A stretch of 64,000 bases of DNA from an uncultured Poribacteria bacterium (GCA_958296135.2 CATQHZ020000001.1:3904001-3968000), one strand, 5' to 3'; positions 1-10,367 are shown, counted from the stretch's first letter. Notes: generated by a model from the sequence alone, not told the origin. Numbers and translations are program-made.

Positions 1-948
1 CGCAACAAACGGGAAGCGGAACGAGCCGAACAAGAAGCCGCACGCGGCACGGCATTCGACCGGCGACTTGAAAAAATCGCCGCAGACCGAGAGAAAGCCA
101 ATCAGGAATACGCAGCACTCCGCGAAAACGCCGAACGAGAAATGGCTAAACTTCGCGAAAGTCAAGCACGAACTGACGCACTCTTTGAAGCAGCCGCACA
201 GCGAGACGCAGAACGAGACAAACGCGAAGCAGAACGCAACAAACGGGAAGCGGAACGAGCCGAACAAGAAGCCGCACGCGGCACGGCATTCGACCGGCGA
301 CTTGAAAAAATTGCCGCAGACCGAGAGAAAGCCAATCAGGAATACGCAGCACTCCGCGAAAGCCAAGCGCGAACCGATGCGCTCTTTAAGGCAGCCGCCC
401 AACGCGATACAGAACGCACCGAACAAAATGCCGAACGCGACGCACGATTTGAGCGGCAAATGGAGCAACTCAACGCGAATCGGGAACGGGCGGATCGAGA
501 ACTTGCTAAGCACAGCGAGAACCTCGCACGATTGGAAGCAATGTTTGAGGCAGCCGCCCAACGAGACGCAGAACGCACCGAACAGCAAGCAGCCCGCGAC
601 GCGGAATTCAACCGGAAATTTGACGAAATCAATGAAGTCCGAGCCCAAGCCGATGAAGAATACCGCAAAAGCCGAACCAACGCCGAACGAGAAATGGCTA
701 AACTTCGCGAAAGTCAAGCACGAACTGACGCACTCTTTGAGGCAGCCGCCCAACGAGACGCAGAACGCACCGAACAGCAAGCAGCCCGCGACGCGGAATT
801 CAACCGGAAACTGGACACACTCGCCGAACTGAAAGCGGCACTGAGCCCTTGGAAACTGCTCTTTGGAATCATCGCCACCGTCACAGTCACGCTCCTCCTG
901 ACAACGCTCGGCGGAGAAGTTATCAAGTACCTCTCAACGCTGTTTTAG
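1..948 (+). CDS. Repetitive coiled-coil protein with C-terminal membrane anchor (5' partial)
   Basis: The frame of ORF 142..948 stays open back to base 1. It has repeated 'LRESQARTDALFEAAAQRDAER' modules and a hydrophobic tail (WKLLFGIIATVTVTLLLTTLG). Confidence 0.8.
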   Translation, partial: RNKREAERAEQEAARGTAFDRRLEKIAADREKANQEYAALRENAEREMAKLRESQARTDALFEAAAQRDAERDKREAERNKREAERAEQEAARGTAFDRRLEKIAADREKANQEYAALRESQARTDALFKAAAQRDTERTEQNAERDARFERQMEQLNANRERADRELAKHSENLARLEAMFEAAAQRDAERTEQQAARDAEFNRKFDEINEVRAQADEEYRKSRTNAEREMAKLRESQARTDALFEAAAQRDAERTEQQAARDAEFNRKLDTLAELKAALSPWKLLFGIIATVTVTLLLTTLGGEVIKYLSTLF

Positions 949-1040
949 CAAACCCAACAGGCGGCGCGCAAAACGCCGCCCCAAATCGACAGGGCGGATG
1001 TCGCTACCCGCCCAACTCATACCGAAAGGAACCATCAACC

Positions 1041-3910
1041 ATGGCACGAAATAGACGGAATACACCGCAGACGCGGCCATACCATCACGAAACCGAAACC
1101 CGAACGAACAACCCATCCGTTGGGCTCGGTGCCGAAGGGGATATCACTGAAATGCCACAAGCGGAATACTACTACAACCCGCATCTCCAACCCATCCTCC
1201 GTTTCAGTTCAGACAATAAGACCCCCCCCCTGCTCAACAAATATATAGTATAATCCAAGATGCGCAACAGCGGCCCCTGACCGCGGACGAAGCACAGCAG
1301 CTGACAGACGCGCTCCACGCGCAGCCGTGGCTCGAATGGGCAAACAAACGCGAGGAAGGCGCGACATTCACCGTAGACCCGGTCTCGCTCTTCATACACG
1401 AACGCCTCAGCGCGCAAGCCATCCTCGAAACCGCCAAACGGAATGACATCCAACGCGACCTGTTCGCTGATCCGCAGCAGAAATATCGGGATGCCGTGAA
1501 ATTCTACGAGCACGATGTGCCGTGGTCCAACCGGCTCATCCTCGGCGATAGTCTGCAGGTGATGGACTCACTCGCGCACCGCGAAGGCCTGGCAGGCCAG
1601 GTGCAAATGGCATACATCGATCCGCCTTACGGCATCAACTTCCGCTCTAACTTCCAACCGGAGGTGTTTGATATGGGCGGCGCCGACAGTGATAGACACC
1701 TCTCGCGCGAAGTGGAACAGATTAAGGCGTATCGCGATACGTGGGAACTCGGCTCCCATTCCTACCTCTCCTATCTGCGGAAACGGTTTGTCGTCACTCG
1801 CGAACTGCTCAAGGATTCAGGGAGCATCTTCGTGCAAATAAGCGTTAAGAATGTCCATCAGGTGCGTTGCTTGCTGGACGATGTATTCGGGGCGGACAAT
1901 TTTGTGGCGGAAATTATCCTGAGAACGCGCAGCACCTCCACGAGTAAGTACCTATCAACCCTAAACGACTTTATCCTCTGGTATGCCAAAGACCGGGAGC
2001 AATTGAAGTTTCGTCAACTGTTCTTGGAGAAGGTGCCTGATAAAAGTAGATTCTCAAAGGCGGAATTGCCAACCGGTGAGATAGTGTCGGCCTCCGCCAC
2101 GCAAAGTTTATCCCAAAACTCGGAACTTTTCACAACCAGTAGTCTGTTCTCTACTTCCGGTGGAAAAAGAGAGAACCAAGTCTTCACCTTCCGTGGTAAG
2201 GAATATAGGCCTTTACCTCCGAGAGGATGGAGGTGCAGCCTTGAGGGATTAGAGAAACTCGCAAGAGCGAACAGGTTAATCCCACTTGATACCAATCTAG
2301 GCTATAAGTACTACTTTATTGACTCGCCCTACACGGAAGTGACAAATCTTTGGAGTGAGCAACTCTCCGAAATAAACAAGATTTATGTAGTGCAAACCAA
2401 CACAACTGCTGTCCAGCGTTGTATGCTGATGAGCACCGACCCGGGCGACATTGTCCTAGATCCGACGTGCGGCAGCGGCACCACGGCTTACGTTGCAGAA
2501 CAATGGGGACGACGGTGGATAACCATCGATACTTCTCGCATCGCAATAACTCTCGCGCGCACCCGTATCCTTACGGCGACGTTTGATTACTACAAACTCA
2601 ACGATGAAACGAAGGGCATCGGCGAAGGGTTCATCCTTGAGTCGGTTCCACACACGCAACTCAGAGACATCGCGAACAACATCGCGCTAGAACCCATCTT
2701 TGAGAAGCACGAACCGATAATAGCGGAGAAGCTAGCCGCTCTCAACGCCGCCTTAAAAAGCGTTACGCCCGCGCTAAGAGAACAACTCAAACTGAAACTG
2801 CGAAAGAAAACGAAACGTGAACTGACGGAAGCAGACCGGCGACGATGGAATTTGCCTGAAACGGCGTGGGAAGAATGGGAGGTGCCGTTTGACACCGAAC
2901 CCGCGTGGCCCGAGGCGTTGCAGAAGGCGTTGACAGATTTCCGGAAAGCATGGAAAGCGAAGATGAAGGCGGTTAACGACTGCATCGCCGCATCAGCAAA
3001 GCAGGAGAAACTCGTCGATCGTCCCGAAGTCCAGAAGGACCTGCTGCGCGTGAGCGGCCCCTTCACGGTAGAGGCGGTGCAACCGCCAGCGGAGTCGTTG
3101 GACGTGGAAGCACGGCATGGCGAATCAGATACGGAGCCGGCGAACGCCGCCGCGTACCTGGAGCGGATGGCGCAGCTACTAAAAACAGACGGTGTCCACT
3201 TTGAAAGTGAACACAAGAATTTCGCACGATTTGAACTGCTGACAGGAGACATTCTCTTTCACGCAGAAGGGCAGTTTGAGGATGATGAACGCGACGTAGG
3301 GGTTGTGTTCGGGCCACAGCACGGGCCCGTAAATGCTTTAATTGTGGAAGAATGCTTGTCGGAGGCGCGCCGCCACTACGATGTGCTGCTGTTCGCAGGC
3401 TTTCACTTTGAAGCGGAGGCACAGGCGATTATTCAGGACAAGCACAAACGCGTGCAGACACATCGCGTGCAAATTGCACCGGATATCGCAATGGCGGACT
3501 TGCTCCGGCACACGCATAGCGATAAACTTTTCACCGTCATCGGCGCACCGCGAACAGAGGTGGAGAAGACTGACGATGGGCAATTCTTTGTCAAGATGGA
3601 AGGCATGGATACCTACAATCCGGTCGATAACACAATCGAACCGACGCAGGCGGATAAAGTCGCGGCCTGGTTCTTGGATACAGATTACGACGGCCGCACC
3701 TTCTGTCCCACGCAATCGTTTTTCCCAAATAAAAAGGCGTGGAATAACATCGCGCGCTCGCTGAAAACAGTCATTGATGAGGAGAGCCTAGCGGCGTTCT
3801 CGGGGATAGAGTCGCTCCCGTTTGCCGCGGGCCAGCACAACCGCATCGCCGTGAAGGTAATCGATCGGCGTGGAAATGAGTTAATGAAGATTCATAGACT
3901 GTCCGCTTAA
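1041..3910 (+). CDS. Site-specific DNA methyltransferase (N6/N4, Mod-like), frameshifted at C9 tract 1222-1230
   Basis: ORF 1496..3910 has DPPY and DPTCGSGTT motifs, and its frame is open upstream to 1220 (PWLEWANK, DPVSLFIHERL). ATG 1041 has an RBS (gaaagga) but lies in another frame; the two frames join at the poly-C tract. Confidence 0.85.
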
Positions 3911-3999
3911 CCGTAGCGCGAGCGCCTCATATGGCGCGCGAAGAACAGGCCCGCGCACGACAGGGACTCGCGCTGCGGAACCTGACAGCCGCAATTTAT

Positions 4000-4028
4000 T
4001 TGCAATTTCCCGCAACATGTAGTATAAT
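4000..4028 (+). promoter_or_regulatory. Sigma-70-like promoter
   Basis: TTGCAA-17nt-TATAAT upstream of the TAXI genes. Confidence 0.65.
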
Positions 4029-4103
4029 TAGTTCATCATTCATTCGGAGGACGAGGGACAGGTTTCCCTCGCCCTACGGTGAAACTAGAGTAAAGGAGCA
4101 ATT

Positions 4104-5132
4104 ATGCTAAAAAAGCCTCGCGCTTTGTGGATACCGCTCGTCTTGATTGCGCTCAGCGTATTCTGTGGGTGTAGCGATAAGAAAAATACCGAAAAAAAAC
4201 GTGCCGATACGCGCGAAACGGAATGGCTATCGATTCTGGGCGGCTCAATCGGCGGAAGCTTCTCGCAGTTTGCGGGTGGCATTAGCCGCATCGTCGGGCA
4301 TCAGGAACCGCACCTAAAAATATCGGTGGTAGCCTCCGCCGGTTCGGTTGAAAATACGCGCCGAGTCAACGGCGATACCGAAGCACTCGGTGTCGTCTTC
4401 GCATCGGAAAGTTACTTGGGTTACCACGGCGAAGAGATTTTCGCCGAGGAGGGACCGAAAACCAACATTCGGATGGTAACGCTGCTCTTTATGGCCTATG
4501 ATCAGCTCTCTACGCTCGCGAACAGCAATGTGCATCAGCTTGAGGACATTGTCGGCAAAAAGGTTGCTAGCGGCCCAAGCGGTTCCGGCACAGCACAGAC
4601 GCTGGAACGGCTCGCGAAGTCGGCTGGTATCTGGGGGAAGTTCACGCCCATTTACAAGGGCGGCACCGCCGCCGCCGAGGCACTACAAGATGGACAAGTC
4701 GCCGCCTTCCAGTGGCTCGTCAGCGTCCCAAACAACGCCATCATTCAATTGACAACCATCAAAACTGTCCGAATGATCGACCTGGATACACCCGCCAAGA
4801 AATACGGGTTCTATGAAAAATATCCGTTTTATCTATCGGGCGCGTTGCCGGAGGGAGCATACGAAGGGAAAGTGGCACCGGTGAAAACGATTCTGATGCC
4901 GACGGTGCTGATAGCCCACAAAGAGGTGCGCGCGGAAACTATCTACGCGCTCCTCAAGCATGTCTACGCGCCGGAGGGGCACCAGGCCATGCTCCAAGTC
5001 AATCAGGCAGCAGCAGACATGACGGTTGAAAACGGCCCGAAAGCGTTTATCATCCCGCTGCACGCAGGTGCCTACCGGTTTTGGAGTGAACAGGAAGTGG
5101 AAATTCCCGAACACGCCAAACCGGTTGACTAA
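4104..5132 (+). CDS. TAXI family TRAP transporter solute-binding lipoprotein
   Basis: Lipobox-like VFCGC; GGSIGGSF, SAGSVEN, GPSGSGT and IPLHAGA motifs typical of TAXI proteins. Confidence 0.9.
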   Translation: MLKKPRALWIPLVLIALSVFCGCSDKKNTEKKRADTRETEWLSILGGSIGGSFSQFAGGISRIVGHQEPHLKISVVASAGSVENTRRVNGDTEALGVVFASESYLGYHGEEIFAEEGPKTNIRMVTLLFMAYDQLSTLANSNVHQLEDIVGKKVASGPSGSGTAQTLERLAKSAGIWGKFTPIYKGGTAAAEALQDGQVAAFQWLVSVPNNAIIQLTTIKTVRMIDLDTPAKKYGFYEKYPFYLSGALPEGAYEGKVAPVKTILMPTVLIAHKEVRAETIYALLKHVYAPEGHQAMLQVNQAAADMTVENGPKAFIIPLHAGAYRFWSEQEVEIPEHAKPVD

Positions 5133-5250
5133 GAATAACGAACGTAACTGACCGGGAGGCGCGCGTTGCAAGCGCGTTCCCCTCGGGTCAAGGAATCGCG
5201 AGGGATAGGTTTTCCCGCGCACTACAAAAAATCACGAAAGGAATTCTAAA

Positions 5251-6354
5251 ATGCAGATTAACTTAGGGCGTTGCTTCGTGCAATCCCTCTCTCTTATTGT
5301 TGTGACAGCGTTCATTATCGCCCTCAGTGGGTGCGATAGGGTTCAGAAAGACCTGGTGCCGACAACGGAAGTAACGGAAACAGAAACACCTCATAAGTTG
5401 ACAATCGCGGCGGGCACCCCGGGCGGCAGTTTCGAGCCGTTCGCGCGCGCGATTGCGGCTATCCTGATGCAACAGGAACCGAGCATGGCAATCGACATTG
5501 AGCCCTCGCCCGGCTCTGTCGAAAACACGCGCCGCGTCCATGACAACCCGAATTCCCTCGGGCTCGCGTTTGCCGCCGAAACCTACCTCGGTTACAACGG
5601 CATGGAGATTTTCGCCGAAGAAGGTGCCAAAACGAATGTTCGCGTCGTGACGTTGCTCTATATCGCGTATGCGCAATTGGCAGTTACCGAAGCCAGCGAG
5701 ATTCAGGAATTCGCAGACCTGGCGGGCAAAAACGTAGCAACCGGGGGACTCGGCTCCGGCACGGCACAGACGCTAGAACGTCTTGCAACAGCGGCTGGCA
5801 TCTGGCAACAGATTACGCCGGTTTACAAAGGCGGCACAGCCGGCGCGATGGCACTCCAAAGTGGCGAAGCAGACGCTTTTCACTGGCTCGTCGGTATTCC
5901 AAACGAGGCAATTAGTGAACTCGCAGCGAATACCCCTATCAGAATGCTGGATTTGGACGCGCCCGCCAAAGCATCCGGTTTCTATAAACAGTATCCGTTC
6001 TACCTCTCCGGGACAATTCCGGCAGGCGCATACGGCGGCGAGGGGCCACCAACTGTCAACGCACTCACAAGTCTGACCCGGCCGCAACCGGAGGCACCCG
6101 TCAACACAATTCTGATGCCGACGCTCCTCATCGCGCACAAGGATGTGCCAGCGGAAACCGTCTATAACTTCCTCACGAGCGTTTACTCGGCAGAGGGGAC
6201 GCAAGAAATCATATCAGCAACGCAAGGCGCCGCCGCGGATATGACTATTGAGAATAGTCCGAAAGCATTTGTCACGCCGCTCCACGCCGGCGCATACACA
6301 TTCTGGCGTGAGCAGGGAGTGGAAATCCCGCAACAGGCGATGCCTATAAAATAA
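5251..6354 (+). CDS. TAXI family TRAP transporter solute-binding lipoprotein (paralog)
   Basis: LSGC lipobox; GTPGGSF, SPGSVEN and TPLHAGA motifs; clearly paralogous to the upstream gene. Confidence 0.9.
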   Translation: MQINLGRCFVQSLSLIVVTAFIIALSGCDRVQKDLVPTTEVTETETPHKLTIAAGTPGGSFEPFARAIAAILMQQEPSMAIDIEPSPGSVENTRRVHDNPNSLGLAFAAETYLGYNGMEIFAEEGAKTNVRVVTLLYIAYAQLAVTEASEIQEFADLAGKNVATGGLGSGTAQTLERLATAAGIWQQITPVYKGGTAGAMALQSGEADAFHWLVGIPNEAISELAANTPIRMLDLDAPAKASGFYKQYPFYLSGTIPAGAYGGEGPPTVNALTSLTRPQPEAPVNTILMPTLLIAHKDVPAETVYNFLTSVYSAEGTQEIISATQGAAADMTIENSPKAFVTPLHAGAYTFWREQGVEIPQQAMPIK

Positions 6355-6421
6355 AGTTTTCGCGGGAACCATTGGAAAGCGCGCGGGCCTGTCCCGCGCC
6401 ATCTCCGCTGCAAAAAAATCA

Positions 6422-6451
6422 TTGCAACCGTTTTGGAAATTATGGTATAAT
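6422..6451 (+). promoter_or_regulatory. Sigma-70-like promoter of the thiamine operon
   Basis: TTGCAA-18nt-TATAAT with an extended -10 TG, just upstream of the riboswitch. Confidence 0.6.
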
Positions 6452-6469
6452 TTTTTCTGAATGACATTA

Positions 6470-6567
6470 TGGGGTGCTCAACTAGGTTCGCGCTCGGAAG
6501 ACCGCGCCTACAAAGAGCTGAGAAAACACCCTTTGAACCTGATCTGGATCATGCCAGCGTAGGGAAA
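6470..6567 (+). ncRNA. TPP riboswitch
   Basis: Matches the THI-box consensus GGGGTGC...CTGAGA...ACCCTTTGAACCTGATCTGGATCATGCCAGCGTAGGGAA and lies upstream of thiamine genes. Confidence 0.95.
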
Positions 6568-6596
6568 TACAAAATCAACATGTAGCAATATGGGCT

Positions 6597-6718
6597 GGTA
6601 GGAGCATCGAGACCGGGAGGACTCGCCTACCGGAGGAGCATCGAGACCGGGAGGACTCGCCCACAGCAATGTGTGCTCCTATTGTTTGCATGGCGAGGGA
6701 CAGCCCCTCGCCCTACGG
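6597..6718. repeat. REP-like palindrome cluster
   Basis: Tandem 'ggagcatcgagaccgggaggactcgcc' twice, and 'ggcgagggacagcccctcgccctacgg'. Confidence 0.75.
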
Positions 6719-6816
6719 TTGAACGGACAGTGGATGTCCGAAGCTGTCTCCTTTTCGCGCGCCGGTATGTTATCCACACCGGAAACAGGAGATAGCTTTT
6801 TTCTTGGGGATAGGTA

Positions 6817-7599
6817 ATGATGCTAACTTCCGCGAGGCACATCACTACTGTACTGCCGTGGGCAATCCTTTTCGGAATCCTCGGGGCATGGGAAGCCGGG
6901 GTGCATATTTTCAACACACCGCACTATATCTTGCCCACGCCTTCCGACATCGTCGTGACGCTCTTTGAGAAGCGAGCCCTGTTGCTGAAACACACGCTCG
7001 TCACGCTGGAAGAAATGTTGCTCGGCTTTGCGCTCGCCGCGGGCATCGGCATTCCGCTCGCCGTGCTGATGTTTGAATTTCCGGTGCTAGAGAAGGCATT
7101 CTATCCCTATGTCATCGGTTCGCAGACGGTGCCGGTGTTCGCCATCGCGCCGTTGTTGGTGCTGTGGTTCGGCTACGGCATCGCGCCGAAAGTCATCATG
7201 GCCGCGCTCATCGTGTTCTTCGCGATGGTGCTGAATACATTAGACGGGTTAAAGTCTGCCGATCCGGATACGGTAAACCTCTTCCGGATCTTGCGGGCGA
7301 ATCGGTGGCAGATTCTGTGGAAAGTCCATGTGCCATCCGCACTCCCGTCTATTTTCACTGGTGCAAAAATCGGCATATCCATCTCGACGATTGGTGCGGT
7401 GATAGGCGAATGGGTAGGCGCAAGCGCAGGCTTGGGGTATCTCATGTTGTACGCCAACGGCCAACTCCAAGTTGCACTGGTTTTCGCGGCGATTTTTTGC
7501 CTAACACTTTTAGGCCTGGGACTTTTCGGGCTGATGACGCTGTTGGAGGCATACGCTATGCCGTGGCGACGCGCATCAGCACGTCAATCCCGAACATGA
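6817..7599 (+). CDS. ABC transporter permease (NitT/TauT family; ThiX-like HMP/thiamine-precursor uptake)
   Basis: Hydrophobic protein with ILPTPS, QTVPVFAIAPL and GAVIGEW motifs; downstream of the TPP riboswitch. Confidence 0.88.
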   Translation: MMLTSARHITTVLPWAILFGILGAWEAGVHIFNTPHYILPTPSDIVVTLFEKRALLLKHTLVTLEEMLLGFALAAGIGIPLAVLMFEFPVLEKAFYPYVIGSQTVPVFAIAPLLVLWFGYGIAPKVIMAALIVFFAMVLNTLDGLKSADPDTVNLFRILRANRWQILWKVHVPSALPSIFTGAKIGISISTIGAVIGEWVGASAGLGYLMLYANGQLQVALVFAAIFCLTLLGLGLFGLMTLLEAYAMPWRRASARQSRT

Positions 7600-7704
7600 A
7601 GGGGAGACCCCTCGTTCAGCTTTCACGGACTGTGGCAGGGCAGAACTATCAGCCCAAACACAGCCAAACAACCACTAATAACGAAAAAAAATAGGAGAAT
7701 TCTC

Positions 7705-8685
7705 ATGAAAACGATAATTTGTTTGATTTTTGCTATCAGCTGTGGTATCCTATGGATAGGACAAATTGATGGCCACGCCGACGCACATAAGGCAAACGAA
7801 CTGCAAAAAGTAACGCTCCTGCTGGAGTGGTTTCCAAACGCAGACCACGTCCCGCTCTACGTCGCCCAGGAGAACAAGATTTTCGCCAAGCATGGGCTTG
7901 AGGTAGAACTCCACTGGGGCGGCGACCCGAGCGCGCCGATTAAACTCGTCGCGGCCGGGAAATATCCGTTTGCTATTGATTACCAACACGGAGTGACAAT
8001 CGCGCGAGCGGCAGACTTGCCGGTTAAAGCAATCGGGTTGCTCGTGGAAAAGCCGCTCAACACGATTAGCTTCCTTAAGAAATCCGGCATTAAAACGCCG
8101 GCGGATTTCAAAGGAAAGAAAATCGGCTACACCGTCGCACCACTGGATGTCCTCCTCTTTAACGCCATCGCCGCGGAGGCCGGGTTGGCGGAAAGTGATT
8201 ACGAACTAGTAAACGTCAGCACGAATATCTCCGCATCCCTGATGACAGGCAAGATCGACGCAGTCATCGGCCCGTTTCGGAACTTCGAGATTAACGAGTT
8301 GAAACTTGAAGGCGCGGAAGCCAGTTATTTCCCGCTGGAAGAGCACGGCATCCCAGACTATTATGAGCTCGTTATCATCTCCAACGATGCGTCTTTGCAG
8401 GAGAATCCGATGACTGCCAAAAAACTGATGATGGCGATTCGGGAGGCGATTCAATTCACGAAGGAGAATCCGGACGAAGCACTGAAACACTTTTTCAAGG
8501 CGAATCCGGACATTCGGAAAGATTTGAATGAGCTCGCTTTTCGGGATACGTTGGAGGTATTCGCCACAACGCAGGTTCAATCCGCGGAGAAGTGGGCAGC
8601 CTTCGTGAAGTTTGCCCATGAAAAAGGGTTAATCTCCAAAACAGTCACGGCGGAAGAACTGTTTATCAACGTGTTGGAAGAGTAA
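7705..8685 (+). CDS. NMT1/THI5-like substrate-binding protein (ThiY-like)
   Basis: Signal peptide; LEWFPNADHVPLYVA and GIPDYYELV motifs. Confidence 0.9.
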   Translation: MKTIICLIFAISCGILWIGQIDGHADAHKANELQKVTLLLEWFPNADHVPLYVAQENKIFAKHGLEVELHWGGDPSAPIKLVAAGKYPFAIDYQHGVTIARAADLPVKAIGLLVEKPLNTISFLKKSGIKTPADFKGKKIGYTVAPLDVLLFNAIAAEAGLAESDYELVNVSTNISASLMTGKIDAVIGPFRNFEINELKLEGAEASYFPLEEHGIPDYYELVIISNDASLQENPMTAKKLMMAIREAIQFTKENPDEALKHFFKANPDIRKDLNELAFRDTLEVFATTQVQSAEKWAAFVKFAHEKGLISKTVTAEELFINVLEE

Positions 8686-8841
8686 ACTGACTGAAGAAAC
8701 GCCGCTTCACCGTAGGGCGAGGGCCCAGCGAACGCGAATCGCCGAGGGTTCCCCCTCACCATGGTGACAGACAGTTGTAGGAGAGACCTCGGGTCTCGAC
8801 ACCTCGGACGCACTAGCCCGCGCCAGGCACCGGACAAATTC

Positions 8842-10119
8842 ATGGTAGAAAACAGAAACGTTATCATCATCGGCGGCGGCGTAATCGGGCTCGGTATCGG
8901 GTGGCAATTAGCGAAGGCAGGTGCCTCCGTCACGCTATATGAACGCGACCGGGCAGGGCGCGCCGCCTCTTGGGCTGCCGCTGGGATGCTCGCACCACTC
9001 GCCGAGGCACATACCGAAGAACCTGAACTCCTGAAGCTGGGATGCCACAGTTTGGCACGCTACCCGCAGTGGGTGAAGGAATTAGAGGCAGACGCGCAGA
9101 TGTCCATCGGTTATCGCACCGAAGGCACGCTCATCGTCGGGTTGGAGCCTGATGATACGCATCAACTTCAACATCTCTACACGTCGCAAAAACAGTTAGG
9201 GCTAGATGCTGAATGGCTAACCGGACGAGAAGCGCGTGCAATTGAACCCGCACTCTCACCGCGTGTCACGGCAGCAATCCGATGTGCAGCAGACCATCAG
9301 GTAGACAACCGCTGCATGGTTACCGCGTTGCCGCGTGCTTACCAAGCGCGCGGCGGCGTATTATGCGAAAATACCAGCGTAGAACGAATTGAGGTGAATA
9401 ACGGTGTCGCAACGGGAGTGTCAGTAGGAGAGACCCCCCGTTCTCGATGCAATACCGGCGGAGAACCCTCCCCATCTCAATTGCATCCCCCGGTAGGAGA
9501 GTCTCAACTCCCCCCGGTAGGAGAGACCTCCCGTTCTCGATGCAATACTCAGTCTCGATGCAATACCCAGTCTCAACTACATGAGGCTGACGTGATTATC
9601 CTCGCGGCGGGGCCCTGGTCATCGCAGATTCCGGGAATCCCGGATGCCATCCGTCCGCCGGTGCGTCCCGTCAAAGGGCAGATGTTAGCACTCCAGATGG
9701 AGGCAGGCATCGCCGTAGAGACGGTTATCCGCACGGTGCGGGCACGATATCCGACATCGGTGTATCTCGTGCCGAGAACCGATGGCAGACTCATCATCGG
9801 TGCCACAAGTGAGGAAATGGGGTTTGATACGCGCTTAACGGCGGGCGGTATGTTTGAACTCCTCCGCGGCGCGTGGGAGGCTGTCCCCGGCGTTTATGAA
9901 CTGCCGATTTTAGAGACATGGACGGGCTTGCGCCCGGGGAGTCGAGACAACGCGCCCATCCTTGGGCATACGCCCATTGAAAACCTGATTGTGGCGACAG
10001 GACATTATCGGAACGGCATCCTGCTCACGCCTGTCACCGCCTATGAAATATCAAAGTTAATTTTAACAGGCGAACCGTCGCCGATAATCGCGCCGTTCCA
10101 ACTTAAACGCTTTCTTTGA
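8842..10119 (+). CDS. thiO: Glycine oxidase ThiO with a repeat-derived in-frame insertion
   Basis: GGGVIG FAD motif, ASWAAAGML, PVKGQ, GLRPG, GHYRNGILL; adjacent to thiS. Start moved to ATG 8842 because the upstream part is REP sequence. Confidence 0.92.
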   Translation: MVENRNVIIIGGGVIGLGIGWQLAKAGASVTLYERDRAGRAASWAAAGMLAPLAEAHTEEPELLKLGCHSLARYPQWVKELEADAQMSIGYRTEGTLIVGLEPDDTHQLQHLYTSQKQLGLDAEWLTGREARAIEPALSPRVTAAIRCAADHQVDNRCMVTALPRAYQARGGVLCENTSVERIEVNNGVATGVSVGETPRSRCNTGGEPSPSQLHPPVGESQLPPVGETSRSRCNTQSRCNTQSQLHEADVIILAAGPWSSQIPGIPDAIRPPVRPVKGQMLALQMEAGIAVETVIRTVRARYPTSVYLVPRTDGRLIIGATSEEMGFDTRLTAGGMFELLRGAWEAVPGVYELPILETWTGLRPGSRDNAPILGHTPIENLIVATGHYRNGILLTPVTAYEISKLILTGEPSPIIAPFQLKRFL

Positions 10120-10149
10120 ACGTCGGCAGAAATACCAATTTGCAAAACA

Positions 10150-10356
10150 ATGAGAATACGCATTAACGGTGAAAACAAGAACGTCAACGCCGAGTTAACC
10201 CTCTACGAACTACTGAGTGAAATGGAAATCGAGCCAACCCAAAACGGCATCGCTGTCGCTGTAGACAGAGAAGTTGTGCCCAAAACGGCGTGGCAGAAAA
10301 AGGTGCTCGGTGAAAATAGCGAAGTTGAGATTATCCGCGCTGTTCAGGGTGGATAG
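10150..10356 (+). CDS. thiS: Sulfur carrier protein ThiS
   Basis: 68 aa; GIAVAVD and C-terminal AVQGG. Confidence 0.95.
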   Translation: MRIRINGENKNVNAELTLYELLSEMEIEPTQNGIAVAVDREVVPKTAWQKKVLGENSEVEIIRAVQGG

Positions 10357-10367
10357 CGGCCCGTTCA

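Noticed and set aside
68-832. Alternative-frame 254-aa ORF
   Set aside because: It overlaps the coiled-coil gene and stays open only because of the repeats.
8761-8841. Extended N-termini in the ORF track (thiO 8761; also 10601, 12388, 33023, 34198, 35236, 36224, 58384)
   Set aside because: The extensions run through REP or promoter DNA; downstream ATGs with an RBS or signal peptide fit better.
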